A DNA stretch of 64,000 nt, from the NCBI RefSeq assembly GCF_963921235.1, contig NC_086114.1, forward strand, positions 61,566,001 through 61,630,000, read 5' to 3'. Positions 40,206 through 51,848 of this stretch are shown one piece after another. Below the pieces are notes generated by a model, which saw only the letters and a program-made list of their open reading frames with translations, did no database searches and was not told the DNA's origin. Source of the DNA: Mobula hypostoma. Lineage: Eukaryota. The first letter of the stretch is position 1. Each line of letters opens with the position of its first letter. A program made the translations under genes and the position numbers.

Positions 40206-43200
40206 AGAAGGGTAGGGAAAGGAAGAGGATGGCAGCAGTGATAGGGGACTCTCTGGTTAGGGGGTCAGATAGGCGATTCTGTGGATGCATGAAAGAAACG
40301 CGGATGGTAGTTTGCCTCACAGCTGCCAGGGTCCAGGATGTCTCTGATCGTGTCCATGATATTTTGAAGTGGGAAGGAGAACAACCAGAGGTCGTGGTAC
40401 ATGTTGGTACCAACGAATTTGGTAGGAGAAGGGAGGAGGTTCTGAAAAAAGACTTACAGGGAGTTAGGAAAGAAGTTGAGAAGCAGGACCTCAAAGGTAG
40501 TAATCTCGGGATTACTGCCTGTGCCACGTATAGGAATATAGGAATAGAATGAGGTGGAGGATAAATGCGTAGCTGAGGAATTGAAGCAGGGGGCAGGGAT
40601 TCAGATTTCTGGATCATTGGGACCTCGTCTGGGGAAGATGTGGCCTGTACAAAAAGGGTGGGTTGCACTTGAATCGGAGGGGGACCAATATCCTGGTGGG
40701 AAGGTTTGCTAAGACTGTTGGGGAGAGTTTAAACTAGAATTGCTGGGGGGTGGGAAACGAACTGAAGTGACGGAGGAAAGGGAGGTTGGCTCACAAATAG
40801 AGAAAGTTTGAAGACAGTGCGAAAGGGAGGACAGGCAGGTGATAGAGAAGGGATGTGCTTAGTCCGATGGTTTGAAATGTGTCTATTTTAATGCAAGGAG
40901 TATCATGAATAAAGTGAATGAGCTTACAGCGTGGATCAGTACTTGGAGCTATGAAGTTGTGGCCATTTGCAGAGACTTGGATAGTGTAGGGGCAAGAATA
41001 GCTACTTCAAGTGCCAGGCTTGAGATGTTTCAGAAAGGGAGGCAAAAGAGGTGGGGGCGTGGCACTGTTGATCAGAGATAGTGTCACGGCTGCAGAAAAA
41101 GAGGAAGTCATGGAGGGATAGTCTCCGGAGTCTCTGTGGGTGGAAGTTAGGAATAGGAAGGGGTCAATAACTCTACTGGGTGTTTTTTAATAGACCACCC
41201 AACAGTAACAGAGACATCGAGGAGCAGATAGGGAGACAGATTCTGGAAAGGAGTAATAATAACAGGGCTGTTGTGGTGGGAGATATAAATTTATCAAATA
41301 TTGATTGGCATCTCCCTAGAGTGAAGGGTTTAGATGGGGTGGAGTTTATTAGGTGTGTTCAGGAAGGTTTCTTGACATAATGTGTAGATAAGCCTACAAG
41401 AGGAGAGGCTATACTTGATCTGGTATTGGGAAATGAACCTGGTCAGGTTTCAGGTCTCTCAGTGGGAGAGCATTTTGGAGATAGTGATCACAATTCTATC
41501 TCCTTTACCACAGCATTGGAGAGGGATAGGAACAGACAAGTTAGGAAAACACTTAATTGGAGTAAGGGGAACTATGAAGCTATCAGGCAGGAACTTGGAA
41601 GCGTTAATTGGAAACAGATATTCTCAGGGAAATGTACCAAAGAAATGTGGCAAATGTTTAGGGGATATTTGCATGGGGTTCTGAGTAGGTAGGTTCCAAT
41701 GTGACATGTAAAGGATGGTAGGGTACAAGATCCGTGGTGCACAAAGGCTGTTGTAAATCTATTCAAGAAGAAAAGAAGAACTTACAAAAATTTCAAAAAA
41801 CTAGATAATGATATGAATCTATAAGATTATAAGGCTAGCAGGAAGAAGCTTAAGAATGAAATTAGGAGAGCCAGAAGGGGCCATGAGAAGGCCTTGGTGG
41901 ACAGGATTAAGAAAAACCCCAAGGCATTCTACAAGTATGTGAAGAGCAAGAGGATAAGACGTGAGAGAATAGGACCAATCAAGTGTGACAATGGAAAAGT
42001 GTGTATAGAACAGGAGGAAATAGCAAAGGTATTTAATAAATACTTTGCTTCAGTATTCACTACGGAAAAGGATCTTGGCGATTAGAGGGATGACTTGCAG
42101 TGGACTGAAAAGCTTGAGCATGTAGATATTAAGGAAAAGGATGTGCTAGAGCTTTTGGAAAGCATCAAGTTGGATAAGTCACCAGGACTGGACGGGATGT
42201 ACCCCAGGCTACTGTGGGAAGTGAGGGAGGAGATTGCTGAGCCTCTGGCAATAATCTTTGCATCAGCAATGAGGAAGGGAGAGGTTCCAGAGGACTGGAG
42301 GGTTGCGGATGTTGTTCCATTATTCAAGAAAGGAAGTAGAGATAGCCCAGGAAACTATAGGCCAGCGAGTCTTACTTCAGTGGTTAGTAAGTTGTTGGAG
42401 AAGATCCTGAGAGGCAGGATTTATGAACATTTGGAAAGGCATAATATGATTAGTAGTCAGCGTGGCTTTGTCAAAGGCAGGTCATGCCTTACGAGCCTGA
42501 TTGAATTTTTTGAGGATGTGACTAAGCACATTGATGAAGATAGAGCCGTAGATGTAGTGTATATGGATTTTAGCAAGGCATTTGATAAGGTTCCCCATGC
42601 AATGCTTATTGAGAAAGTAAGGAGGTATGGGATCCAAGGGGACATTGCTTTGTGGATCCAGAACTGGCTTGCCCACAGAAGGCAAAGAGTGGTTGTAGAC
42701 AGGTCATATTCTGCATGAAGGCCGGTGACCAGTGGTGTGCCTCAGGGATCTGTACTGGGACTCCTACTCTTTGTGATGTTTATAAATGACCTGGATGAGG
42801 AAGTGCAGGGATGGGTTAGTAAATCTGCTGATGACACAAAGGTTGGGGGTGTTGTAGATAGTGTGGAGGCCTGTCAGAGGTTACAGCGGAACATTGATAG
42901 GATGCAAAACCTGGGCTGAGAAGTGGCAGATGGAGTTCAACCCAGATAAGTGTGAGGTGGTTCATTTTGGTAGGTCAAATATGATGGCAGAATATAGTAT
43001 TAAAGGTAAGACTCTTGGCAGTGTGGAGGATCAGAGGGATCTTGGGGTCCGAGTCCATAGGACACTCAAAGCTACTATGCAGGTTGACTCTGTGGTTAAA
43101 AAGGTATACAGTGCATTGGCCGTTATCAATCATGGGATTGAGTTTAGAAGCCGGGAGGTAATGTTGCAGCTATATAGCACCCTGATCAGACCCCACTTGG

Positions 43201-43720
43201 AGTACTGTGCTCAATTCTGGTTGCCTCACTACAGGAAGGACATGGAAACCATAGAAAGAGTGCAGAGGAGGTTTACAAGGATGTTGCCTGGATTGGGGAG
43301 CATGCCTTATGAGAAAAGGTTGACTAAACTTGGCCTTTTCTCCTTGGAGCGACGGAGGGTGAGAGGTGACTTAATAGAGGTGTATAAGATAATGAGAGGC
43401 ATTGATCATGTGGGTAGCCAGAGGCTGAAGCGGCTAGCACGAGAGGGCATAGTTTTAAGGTGCTTGGAAACAGGTTCAGAGGAGATATCAGGAGTAAGTT
43501 TTTTTACGCAGAGAGTAATGAGTGCGTGGAATCGGTTGCCGGTGGCAGCAGTGGAGTTCGAAATGATAGGTTCTTTTAAGAGACTCCTGGATGGCTGCAT
43601 GGAGCTTAGAAAAATAAAGGGCTACGGGTAAAGCCTAGGTAGCTCTAAGGTAGAGACATGTTTGGCACAGCTTTGTGGGCTGAAGGGCCTGTATCATGCT
43701 GTATGTTTTCTAATTTTTAT
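40206..43720 (+). mobile_element. CR1 LINE with ORF1 SGNH/GDSL esterase portion and complete but disrupted ORF2
   Basis: VIGDSLVR...VVHVGTNE (ORF1 esterase); NARSI, RPP, GD.N, SDH (APE); RT motifs DFSKAFDKV, GVPQGSVLG, ADD, EYCAQFW. Confidence 0.93.
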
Positions 43721-43748
43721 GAACCCTGAGGATGCAGTGTTCATAATA

Positions 43749-44551
43749 CTGAGGCTGAGTACAGGGCTACGGGAGGAAACTTTGTCACATGGTATGAGCA
43801 GAATTATCTGCAGCTTAATGTGAAAAAGACTAAGGAGCTGGTGGTAGACCTGAGAAGAGCTAAGGTACTGGCGACCCGTTTCCATCCAGGGGGTCAGTGT
43901 GGACATGGTGGAGGATTACAAATACCTGGGGATACGAATTGACAATAAACTGGACTGGTCAAAGAACACTGAGGCTGTCTACAAGAAGGGTCAGGGCCGT
44001 CTCCATTTCCTGAGGAGACTGAGGTCCTTTAACATCTGCCGGACGATGCTGAGGATGTTCTACGAGCCTGTGGTGGCCAGTGCGATCATGTTTGCTGTTG
44101 TGTGCTGGGGCAGCAGGCTGAGGGTAGCAGACACCATCAGAATCACAAACTCATTCATAAGGCCAGTGATGTTGTGGGGATGGAACTGGACTCTCTCATG
44201 GTGGTGTCTGAAAAGAGGATGCTGTCCAAGTTGCATGCCATCTTGGTCAATGTCTCCCATCCACTACATAATGTACTCGTTGGGCACAGGAGTACATTCA
44301 GCCAGAGACTCATTCCACCGAGATGCAACACAGAGCGTCATAGGAAGTCATTCCTGCCTGTGGCCATCAAACTTTACAACTCCTCCCTTGGAGGGTCAGA
44401 CACCCTGAGCCAATAGGCTGGTCCTGGACTTATTTCCTGGCATAATTTACATATTACTATTTAACTATTTATAGTTTTATTATTACTATTTAATTATTTA
44501 TGGTGCAACTGTAATGAAAACCAATTTCCCCCGGGATCAATAAAGTATGAC
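43749..44551 (+). mobile_element. Rex1/Babar LINE 3' fragment
   Basis: KTKELVVD, YKYLG..IDNKLDWS..RLHFLRRLRSF; aataaagtatgac tail; taata TSD (43744-43748 / 44552-44556). Confidence 0.88.
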
Positions 44552-46581
44552 TAATATGATAGAATTCACACTGCATGTTGAGAGGGAGAAGCTAATATCA
44601 AACATATTAATTTACAGTGGAGTAAAGGGAATTACAGCAGCTAGCCAAGGTTGATTGTCAGAGGATACTCCCAGGGATGACGGCTGGAGTTTCTGGGAGC
44701 AATTCAGAGGGTAATTCATAGATACATCTGAAAGAAGTAGTATTGTAATGGGGGTATATGATAACAGTGGCTGACAAGGGAAGTCAAAGACAGCATAAAA
44801 GCAAAAGAGAGGGCGTATAATTTAGCAAAAAAAATAGTGGGAAAGTAGAGGATTGGGAAGCTTTTAACAACCAACAGAAGGCAATTAAAACAAAATAAGG
44901 AGAGAAAAAATGAAATATGAAGGTAAACTAGCCAATGATATAAAAGAGGATACCAAAAGCTTTTTTTCTGATAAATAAATAGTGAGAAAGGAAAGATTGG
45001 AAATCAGACCATTGGAAAACGTGGGACGAAGAAATGATGGACAAACACAGTAAGCATTTTGTGTATTCTTCACTGTGGAAGGCACTAACAGTATGCCAGA
45101 AATTTGAAAGTGTCAGGGGGCAGGAGTGAGTGATGGTGTCTATTGCTAAGGAGAACGTACTTGGGCAGCTAAAAGGTCTAAAGGTAGACAAGTCACCTGG
45201 ACCAGGTGGACTACATTGCAGAGTTACGGGCCAGTTAGCCTGACTTCAGTGGGTGGGAAGATGTTGGAGTCCATTATTAAGAATAAGGCTTCAGGGTACA
45301 TTATAAAATAGGCCAAAATCAGCATGATTTCCTAAAGGGGAAATCTTGCCTGACAAATCTTTTGGAATTCTTTGATGAAATAACAGGCAAAATCAACAAA
45401 GGGAAATCAGTGGATGCTGTTTACTTGCATTTTCAGAAGAAGTTTGACAAAATGTTATAATGCTTCTTTCAAGATAAGAGCCAATGATACTACAGGAAAG
45501 ATACTCGCATGGATGGAAGATTGAGTGACTAACAGAAGGCAAATAGTGGGAATGAAGGGAGCCTTTTCCGGTTGGCTGCTGGTGACTACTTAAGTTCCTC
45601 GGTCATTGATACATAACGTGAAAAGAAGCTGTCCCAACTCAGGGGGTCAAGGTTGGGACCGCTTCTTTTCACGTTATATATCAGTGACTTGGATGGCAAA
45701 ATCATTAACTTTGTGGCTAAGTTCGCAGATACAGAAATAGGTCAGACCACACTTAGAATATTGTGAGCAGTTTTGAACCCCTTATCTAAGAAAGGATGTG
45801 CTTGTATTGGACAGGGTCCAGAGGAGGTTCATGAGAATGATGTCAGGGATGAAAAAGTTAATGCATGAGGAGCTTTTGATGACTCTGAGCTGTACTTGCT
45901 TTGAGTTTAGAAGGGAGGGGGTGGGGGGGGGTTATCTCACTAAAACCTATCGAATATTGAATATTAAGTGGATGTGGAGAGGATGTTTCCTATAGTGAGG
46001 GTGTTTAGGACTAGAGGGCACAGCCTCATAATATAGTGCCGCCCCTTTAGAAGATAAGACGAATTTCTTTAGCCAAAGAGTGGTAAATCTGTGAAATTCA
46101 CTGACACAGACAGCTCTGGGTGCGCAGTCACTGGATATATTTAAAGTGGAGGTTGATAATTTCTTGATTAGGACGGGTGTCAAAGGGAGAAGGCAGGAGA
46201 AAGAGGTTGAGAGGGATAATAAATCAGCCATGATAGATTGGCGAAGCATAATCCTGCTCCTATGTGGTATGGTCTTATATGATGGTATGTGCCAATGATG
46301 CTACTGCACCTATGCACACATGCACTTATATATATGGCAATAAACTCAAGTTGTGCAGCAGAATTGAGGAATTCATTAACACAAAGGATCAATTTATATC
46401 AATATCACAAACACAAGAAAATCTGCAGATGTTGGAAATCCAAAACAACACACAAAAACATGCAGGAGGAAAAATGCTTGAAACGAGCTAACAGTCAACA
46501 TTACGGGCTGAGACCCTTCATCAGAATTTATATCAATAATACATTTCAATTATCTACCACAATTCACACCTGGACACGTAC

Positions 46582-46627
46582 CTTCGACTGGCTTTGTGAC
46601 TATTCCTGTAAATCCTCCCACTACTCC
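46582..46627 (-). CDS. VPS13C: VPS13C coding exon GVVGGFTGIVTKPVE(G)
   Basis: ttttttcag acceptor, 46 nt, gtacgt donor; phases match both neighbours. Confidence 0.95.
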
Positions 46628-46789
46628 CTGAAAAAACAAACATTTAGAAATAATTTTTTTACATGATGCAATATTGCAAACAACATAATGAGCCATCATG
46701 GAAAGCGGCTCAAAATATATATATGATAAGTTTTATAGAGCAATGAAAAAAAATAAGTCTCAAAACAAGGGAAGATAATGAAAATTTTC

Positions 46790-47970
46790 TGATTGACAGA
46801 ATTAATGTTGGGTTGGAAAGGCAAGGCCTAATCAGGGACAATCAACATTGCTTTGTCAAGGGAAGATCCTGTCAAGTTAAGTTGACTAAATTCTTTGAAG
46901 AAATAACAGTGTATTGATGAGGTAAGTAGATGTGATGTGACAGACTTTGATTAGGTCCTACATGGAAGACCGGTTTAAAAGCTTAGGGACTATGAAATCC
47001 AGGGAAAGTTAACAAACTGGATCCAAAATTAGCTTGGCATTAGAGAAAGATGTGATGGTAGAGGGCTGTTTTGTAATTGGGTGCCTGTAATTAGTAGTGT
47101 CCCATACGGACCAGTGCTGAGATCCAAGCTGTTCATATTTCCAAATGTGAATATGGGGAGGATGATCAATAAGTGTGCAGACAACACAAAGACTGACAAA
47201 ACTGTTGATGGAGTAAAAGGCTTAGGCTGTCGAGACATACTGATGCATTACAGAAATGGCTGAACAACGCAGCTGGAGTGTAATCCAGACATTTTGAGAG
47301 TACAAATGAGGCTCAGATATACACCATGAGTGGTAGGGTCTTGGAGAGCTTTAAGGAACAGTAGGACCTTGAAGCAAAAGCCCAGAGATCATTGAAGGTA
47401 AAAATGCAGACAGACAACGTGGGTAGGAAGGCTTATAGGATACTGGCATGGGATTAATGGAATACAGAAGTAGGGAGGTTGTGCTTCAACTTCATAAAAT
47501 CTTGATCGCATTTCATCTGCGAACTGTTCATTCTTCTGGTAATCAAACTACAGATGATGCAGAGGAGATTCAACAGGATATTGCCTGGGATGGAGCAGTT
47601 TGATCTGTTCTCCCTGGAGCAGAGGAGTTTAATAGGGGAATGACTAAGGTATATAAAATTGAGGGGTAGGGTAGGCTGCAGGATAATTATCTCTATATTT
47701 GATGCAGTTAAAATTGAGGACATATTTAGGGTAAGGAGGAAGAGACTTGGAGTGGATCTCAAGAGGACAATACCTGGAATGCACTGCCTGTGAGAGTGGT
47801 TTAAATTGGGACACAAACCCTATTTAAGGAATGTATAGATGCATGTTTCAGACATAGAAGGCCTTCCACTTGCTAGGATGAAGTGCAAGGAGATGGAAAG
47901 TCCCTTACTAGTCAACATGAATAACTAGGGCCGAGTGACCCATTTCTATGCTGAATGATTCTATGACTAT
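46790..47970 (+). mobile_element. Old degraded CR1 RT/3' fragment
   Basis: QHCFVKGRSC, SSVPYGPVL, KCADNTK remnants; tctatgactatga tail. Confidence 0.65.
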
Positions 47971-48789
47971 GACCCCATGACAAAAAAAACTTTAATAACT
48001 TCGAAATGAAGATTGATTAGTACAGTTGTCCTGCTCAATGATCTGCATGAGCTGTTCTTTGGCCTGTAGAACAGTATCAGCTATACCACTGAAGGGAGTG
48101 GAAATGGGAAGCAAAAAAAAACCAAAGGTCTGAAATAGTTTTGAATATTTTGCCATGTACTCTAATTAAGTTCAGATACCAAAAATAAAAACCTGTCCTC
48201 TAAGAAGCTCCCTGCCAAAGTTTAAGGTGCAGGTTGCTGTTTTACTGATGTTACATAGGCTAACAGTCTAAAAGCGAAAACTCCTCCTTGACATGTTGCA
48301 TACAAAACACATTTTGACCATTCTTTGTACTTCAAATGACATGAAGTCAGTGCTTTCCCACGAAGAAAAAAGGGTACTAAGGTGCCTTCCATTCCTGAAG
48401 AAGGAGGCAAGGTAACTTAAGGCAACACAAAGCTAGTAACTTCAGACCAAATTATACTGTCGGCACTGATTCAGTATCTTGGAACATATAACAGCAACAA
48501 AGAACAAAGAAATGCAGTCAACTAATAAAATAAGTCACCTCCCATAACAGCTAATTTCCACCCTAGTAAGATAGTGATGCAAAGTCTTCTGAAGAGCACC
48601 AGTGATTTCTCAGTTTCATTTGCATCTCTCCAAGAGCTGGAAGTCATAAGTAGTGTATCGGGGGGGGGGGGCGTGGAGTGGAGGGGAGCGCGGGATAGCT
48701 AGCTGCGGATAGGCCAGATTTTCTCAGCTACGCAGGCATGGTAAGTGTCGCTTCAGATGCCTAAACACAGCAGCAAGTAAAAGGAAGGT

Positions 48790-49130
48790 AGGGTCAAGCG
48801 GAGCAGCCATTGTCGAAATGTGTCAATGTTAGAGTGGGAAGGCTTTGGTTTAACAGGCTTTGGCAAGAACAGATGAGAAAATGCAAGATTTTTTTTTCCA
48901 TTGACTGTAAAGTTCTGTATTTTTTTTTTGGTACAGAGTAGTCAGGATGGAATGCTCCTCCTGTCGCTATTTGGGAATTCAGGATATCTGGTGGTTTCCC
49001 TGATAAATACATCAGTGGGAAGTGCACCCAACTTCAACTCCTGACTGATCAAATCAAGGAACTGTAACTGGAGTTGGATGTACTCAGGGTCGTCTGGGAA
49101 GCTGAAGACATTACAGATGAGACTTTTGAT
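48790..49130 (+). mobile_element. CR1 5'UTR/ORF1 N-terminal fragment (zinc finger plus leucine-zipper remnant)
   Basis: Translates with frameshift as MECSSCR.WE...PDKYISGKCTQLQLLTDQIKEL*LELDVLRV. Confidence 0.6.
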
Positions 49131-49225
49131 TATACCCAGAACACATTAGAGAACTTTAAGAGACACTTAGATAAGCACATGAATATGAGGAAGATGGAGA
49201 GATATGGACATTGTTTAGGTAGGAG

Positions 49226-49384
49226 GAACACACACAAAATGCTGGTGGAATGCAGCAGGCCAGACAGCATCCATAGGAAGAAGCACAGTCGACGTTTCAG
49301 GTCGAGACCCTTCGTCAGGACTAACTGAAAGAAGAGATAGTAAGAGATTTGAAAGTGGAAGGGGGAGGAGGAGATCCAAAATGA
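49226..49384 (-). mobile_element. Penelope-like element 3' terminal fragment
   Basis: Same terminal sequence as 31680-31800 (acacacaaaatgctgg...gcagcatc...gacgtttc...ccttcgtcaggact). Confidence 0.8.
49286..49323 (-). ncRNA. Minimal type-I hammerhead ribozyme motif, intact core
   Basis: Minus strand: uaguc-CUGACGA-agg[gucucga]ccu-GAAA-c-GUC-gacug; helix I uaguc/gacug, helix II agg/ccu, palindromic ACGU in place of helix III. Confidence 0.8.
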
Positions 49385-49574
49385 AAGGAGAAGACACTGG
49401 GTTACAGCCACCCAGGGGAGATGACACCGTAGGCAGTGTGGGAAAGAGCAGAAGCACAGCAGGTGCACTGACGCCATGCCCCAGGACCAGGCCCTGGCCC
49501 TCATGCCACAGCATCGCCCGTAATAGCTACCCACCAACATGGCTAGAGGACACTATCAAACCAGGCGCTTTTAT

Positions 49575-49830
49575 AGAGATACAGCGCAGAACAGGCCTTT
49601 CTGGACCAACAAGCCGTACCACCCAGCAACACACATTTTTAACCTTAGCCTAATTACAGGACAATTTCCAATGTCCAATCAACCTACTAACCGATACACC
49701 TTTGAAGAATGGGAGTAAACCGGAGCACCTGGAGGAAACCCACACACTCTCAGGAAGAACATGACATTAAAACTGAACTCCAAACTCTGATGCCTTGAGC
49801 TGTAATAGCATCTCATTAACTGCTACGCTA
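49575..49830 (-). mobile_element. V-SINE/HE1-like SINE
   Basis: Minus strand tagcgtagcagttaa head, gggtttcctccaggtgctccggtttactccca central domain. Confidence 0.7.
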
Positions 49831-49851
49831 ATACTATTTTATATGTGCTAA

Positions 49852-50021
49852 ACAACAGGAATTCTACAGATGCTGGAAATTCAAGCAACACCCATAAAAG
49901 TTGCTGGTGAATGCAGCAGGCCAGGCAGCATCTCTAGGAAGAGGTGCAGTCGACGTTTCAGGCCGACTGCACCTCTTCCTAGAGATGCTGCCTGGCCTGC
50001 TGCGTTCATCAGCAACTTTTA
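49852..50021. repeat. Fold-back mini Penelope-derived insertion (59-bp inverted arms) with 14-bp TSD
   Basis: Arms 49894-49952 / 49964-50022, 2 mismatches, 11-nt loop; tttatatgtgctaa at 49838-49851 and 50022-50035. Confidence 0.88.
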
Positions 50022-50559
50022 TTTATATGTGCTAATATTATTTTGTGACTATATGCACTATTGTGTGGTTGTATGTACTGTGTTTTGCACCTTGGTGCTG
50101 GAGGAACACTGTTTTGTTTAGCTGTATACATGTGTATGGCTGAATGACAATTTAACTTGAACTAGGTTAATAATGGGCACACCACCAATATCTGTGCAGT
50201 TTTGAGATATATCAAAAAAGAAATCAAAGTAATTAGTGTTGATATGATTAATATTGTTAATATACCGGGGCCTGATGGGGCAGTCACGGAGAGGAAGACA
50301 CAATCTTCAAGTACAAATTTAAAATCTTACTTCAAGACAGCACTTGATGCTGTGTCAATTGTTGACTTTAAACTGGAGTTGACTTTGAAGCTATTAACCA
50401 GAGGGACTAGGGACATGGGTAGAAGATGGCGTAAGGATTCACGGTTTCATCCAATGACACAACTGGACCAAAGACCAGATCGTCTTTGCTGTTGTCCTCA
50501 ACTTTTACAATTAGTGTTGCACAAAACTGTCCTCTTTGAAAAACAGGAATTCTACTTGC

Positions 50560-50723
50560 CCGTAAAAAGCCTTTTCCTCCTTTGGCCAAACTTTCCCCAA
50601 AGTCCTTGGGTTGACGGTTCATTTCTTCCCTACGTTTCTGCTGATACTCTTTATCCATTGTGATAGCAGCTAAACCTTTTCCAACTGAGCCTGTGATTCG
50701 CGATACCACACCAGCTGCACCGC
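50560..50723 (-). CDS. VPS13C: VPS13C coding exon (G)GAAGVVSRITGSVGKGLAAITMDKEYQQKRREEMNRQPKDFGESLAKGGKGFLR
   Basis: ctgcag acceptor, 164 nt; ends at non-canonical GCAAGT donor; overlaps ORF 50407..50709; phase 0 joins GVVGG exon. Confidence 0.95.
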
Positions 50724-50894
50724 CTGCAGAGAATGAAACAACATGTATTCTGCATCAGCGTTGTGGCAGAAGTTAGGTTCAAATCTAGTGTACAATAGAG
50801 TGATTATGAAACTATCTGAGAGACACAGATTTCAAATATCAGCTCGGAAATGCATCTGAGCTGAAGGCTTATTCAGTAGAATTCTGCCACTTAC

Positions 50895-50970
50895 CCAATG
50901 TGTGCCCAAGCAAACTCCTCACTCCTATAACAAGGCCCTCAGCAAATTCTTCTGGTCCCTGAACTGCACC
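50895..50970 (-). CDS. VPS13C: VPS13C coding exon [25 protein letters not shown](G)
   Basis: ttgcag acceptor, 76 nt, gtaagt donor; 89-nt upstream intron; phase consistent. Confidence 0.97.
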
Positions 50971-51059
50971 CTGCAACATTTACAATGTACATGAGCATTA
51001 AAACATAAACAAACTTCTCAAAATCATAGACATTTTCAATTCTTTTCTCACGGACTTAC

Positions 51060-51173
51060 CTGGAAGGGTTCATAAAAAAATGCTTCTACACCTTCTGAAA
51101 GTCCTCTAATAAGGCCAAATGGGTTTCCAAGAACATCCAATCCCAGAACAAGCACATACATTTGTTTTAGAAA
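51060..51173 (-). CDS. VPS13C: VPS13C coding exon [38 protein letters not shown]
   Basis: ctcccag acceptor, 114 nt, gtaagt donor; contains the VPS13 [10 protein letters not shown] motif. Confidence 0.97.
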
Positions 51174-51848
51174 CTGGGAGAAACCATGAGAAAGTTCTGT
51201 TAGTGATTTTTAACCAGTTTAGATCATGTACACTGTAATAGCAAGACTGTTCTGCACATTTTGGAAAGCAGCAAAAGTAGGTGAGTGTAAGTGGTAGCAT
51301 CCAGGGAAAGTAAAACTAGATGAATATAAATAGGTGGATCATGGTCAGTAGATACTCAGTGAGCTGAACAGCCGGTTTCCATATCATAACATAATGCAGG
51401 TCAGACAGTAGTTGGTGGCCTTCTCAAAGACAGTAGTTCTGGTGAAAGTTCACCAGCCTAAAATGTTAACTTTCTCTATCCACAGATACTGCTTGTGGAG
51501 AGGCATTAATGCTGAGCGTTTCTGGCAGATACTGCACTAGTTAAATTGTTCACCAACACTGGTCAGAACATAAACATTCATTGGGGCTTCTGCATCAACC
51601 CGACAAGAGGCAGGACCTGTACATTCTATCATTCTATCTGAATACAGCACCTTTGGCTGCGTGAATGTTTTATGTTCATGAGGTTTGACAGGGATGATGA
51701 AATATCTCTGCCGTCATTTAGACAAAACTGATAAGGTTCAGCACAACTTTTTGCTTCTCTTTTTAGACTGACTGGTCTTGCTTCAATTCTGAAATTTATT
51801 CTCTTGCTCAGTTTAACTCTTACTATAATGCACATATTAAAGTTCTTA

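Larger units (their letters stand above)
39570..46285 (+). mobile_element. Old CR1 (parts ~39570-40205, 43721-43748, 44552-46285) hosting two younger insertions
   Basis: LDWVLCNEP..IKEP continues after the insertions with SVHN/MIEF, then RT remnants and a CR1 3'UTR. Confidence 0.7.

Noticed and set aside
50407-50559. ORF read-through beyond KGFLR (ASRIPVFQ...)
   Set aside because: Intron sequence after the GC donor; no VPS13 similarity
50202-50663. 153-aa plus-strand ORF
   Set aside because: Antisense shadow of a VPS13C exon plus intron; no recognisable motif
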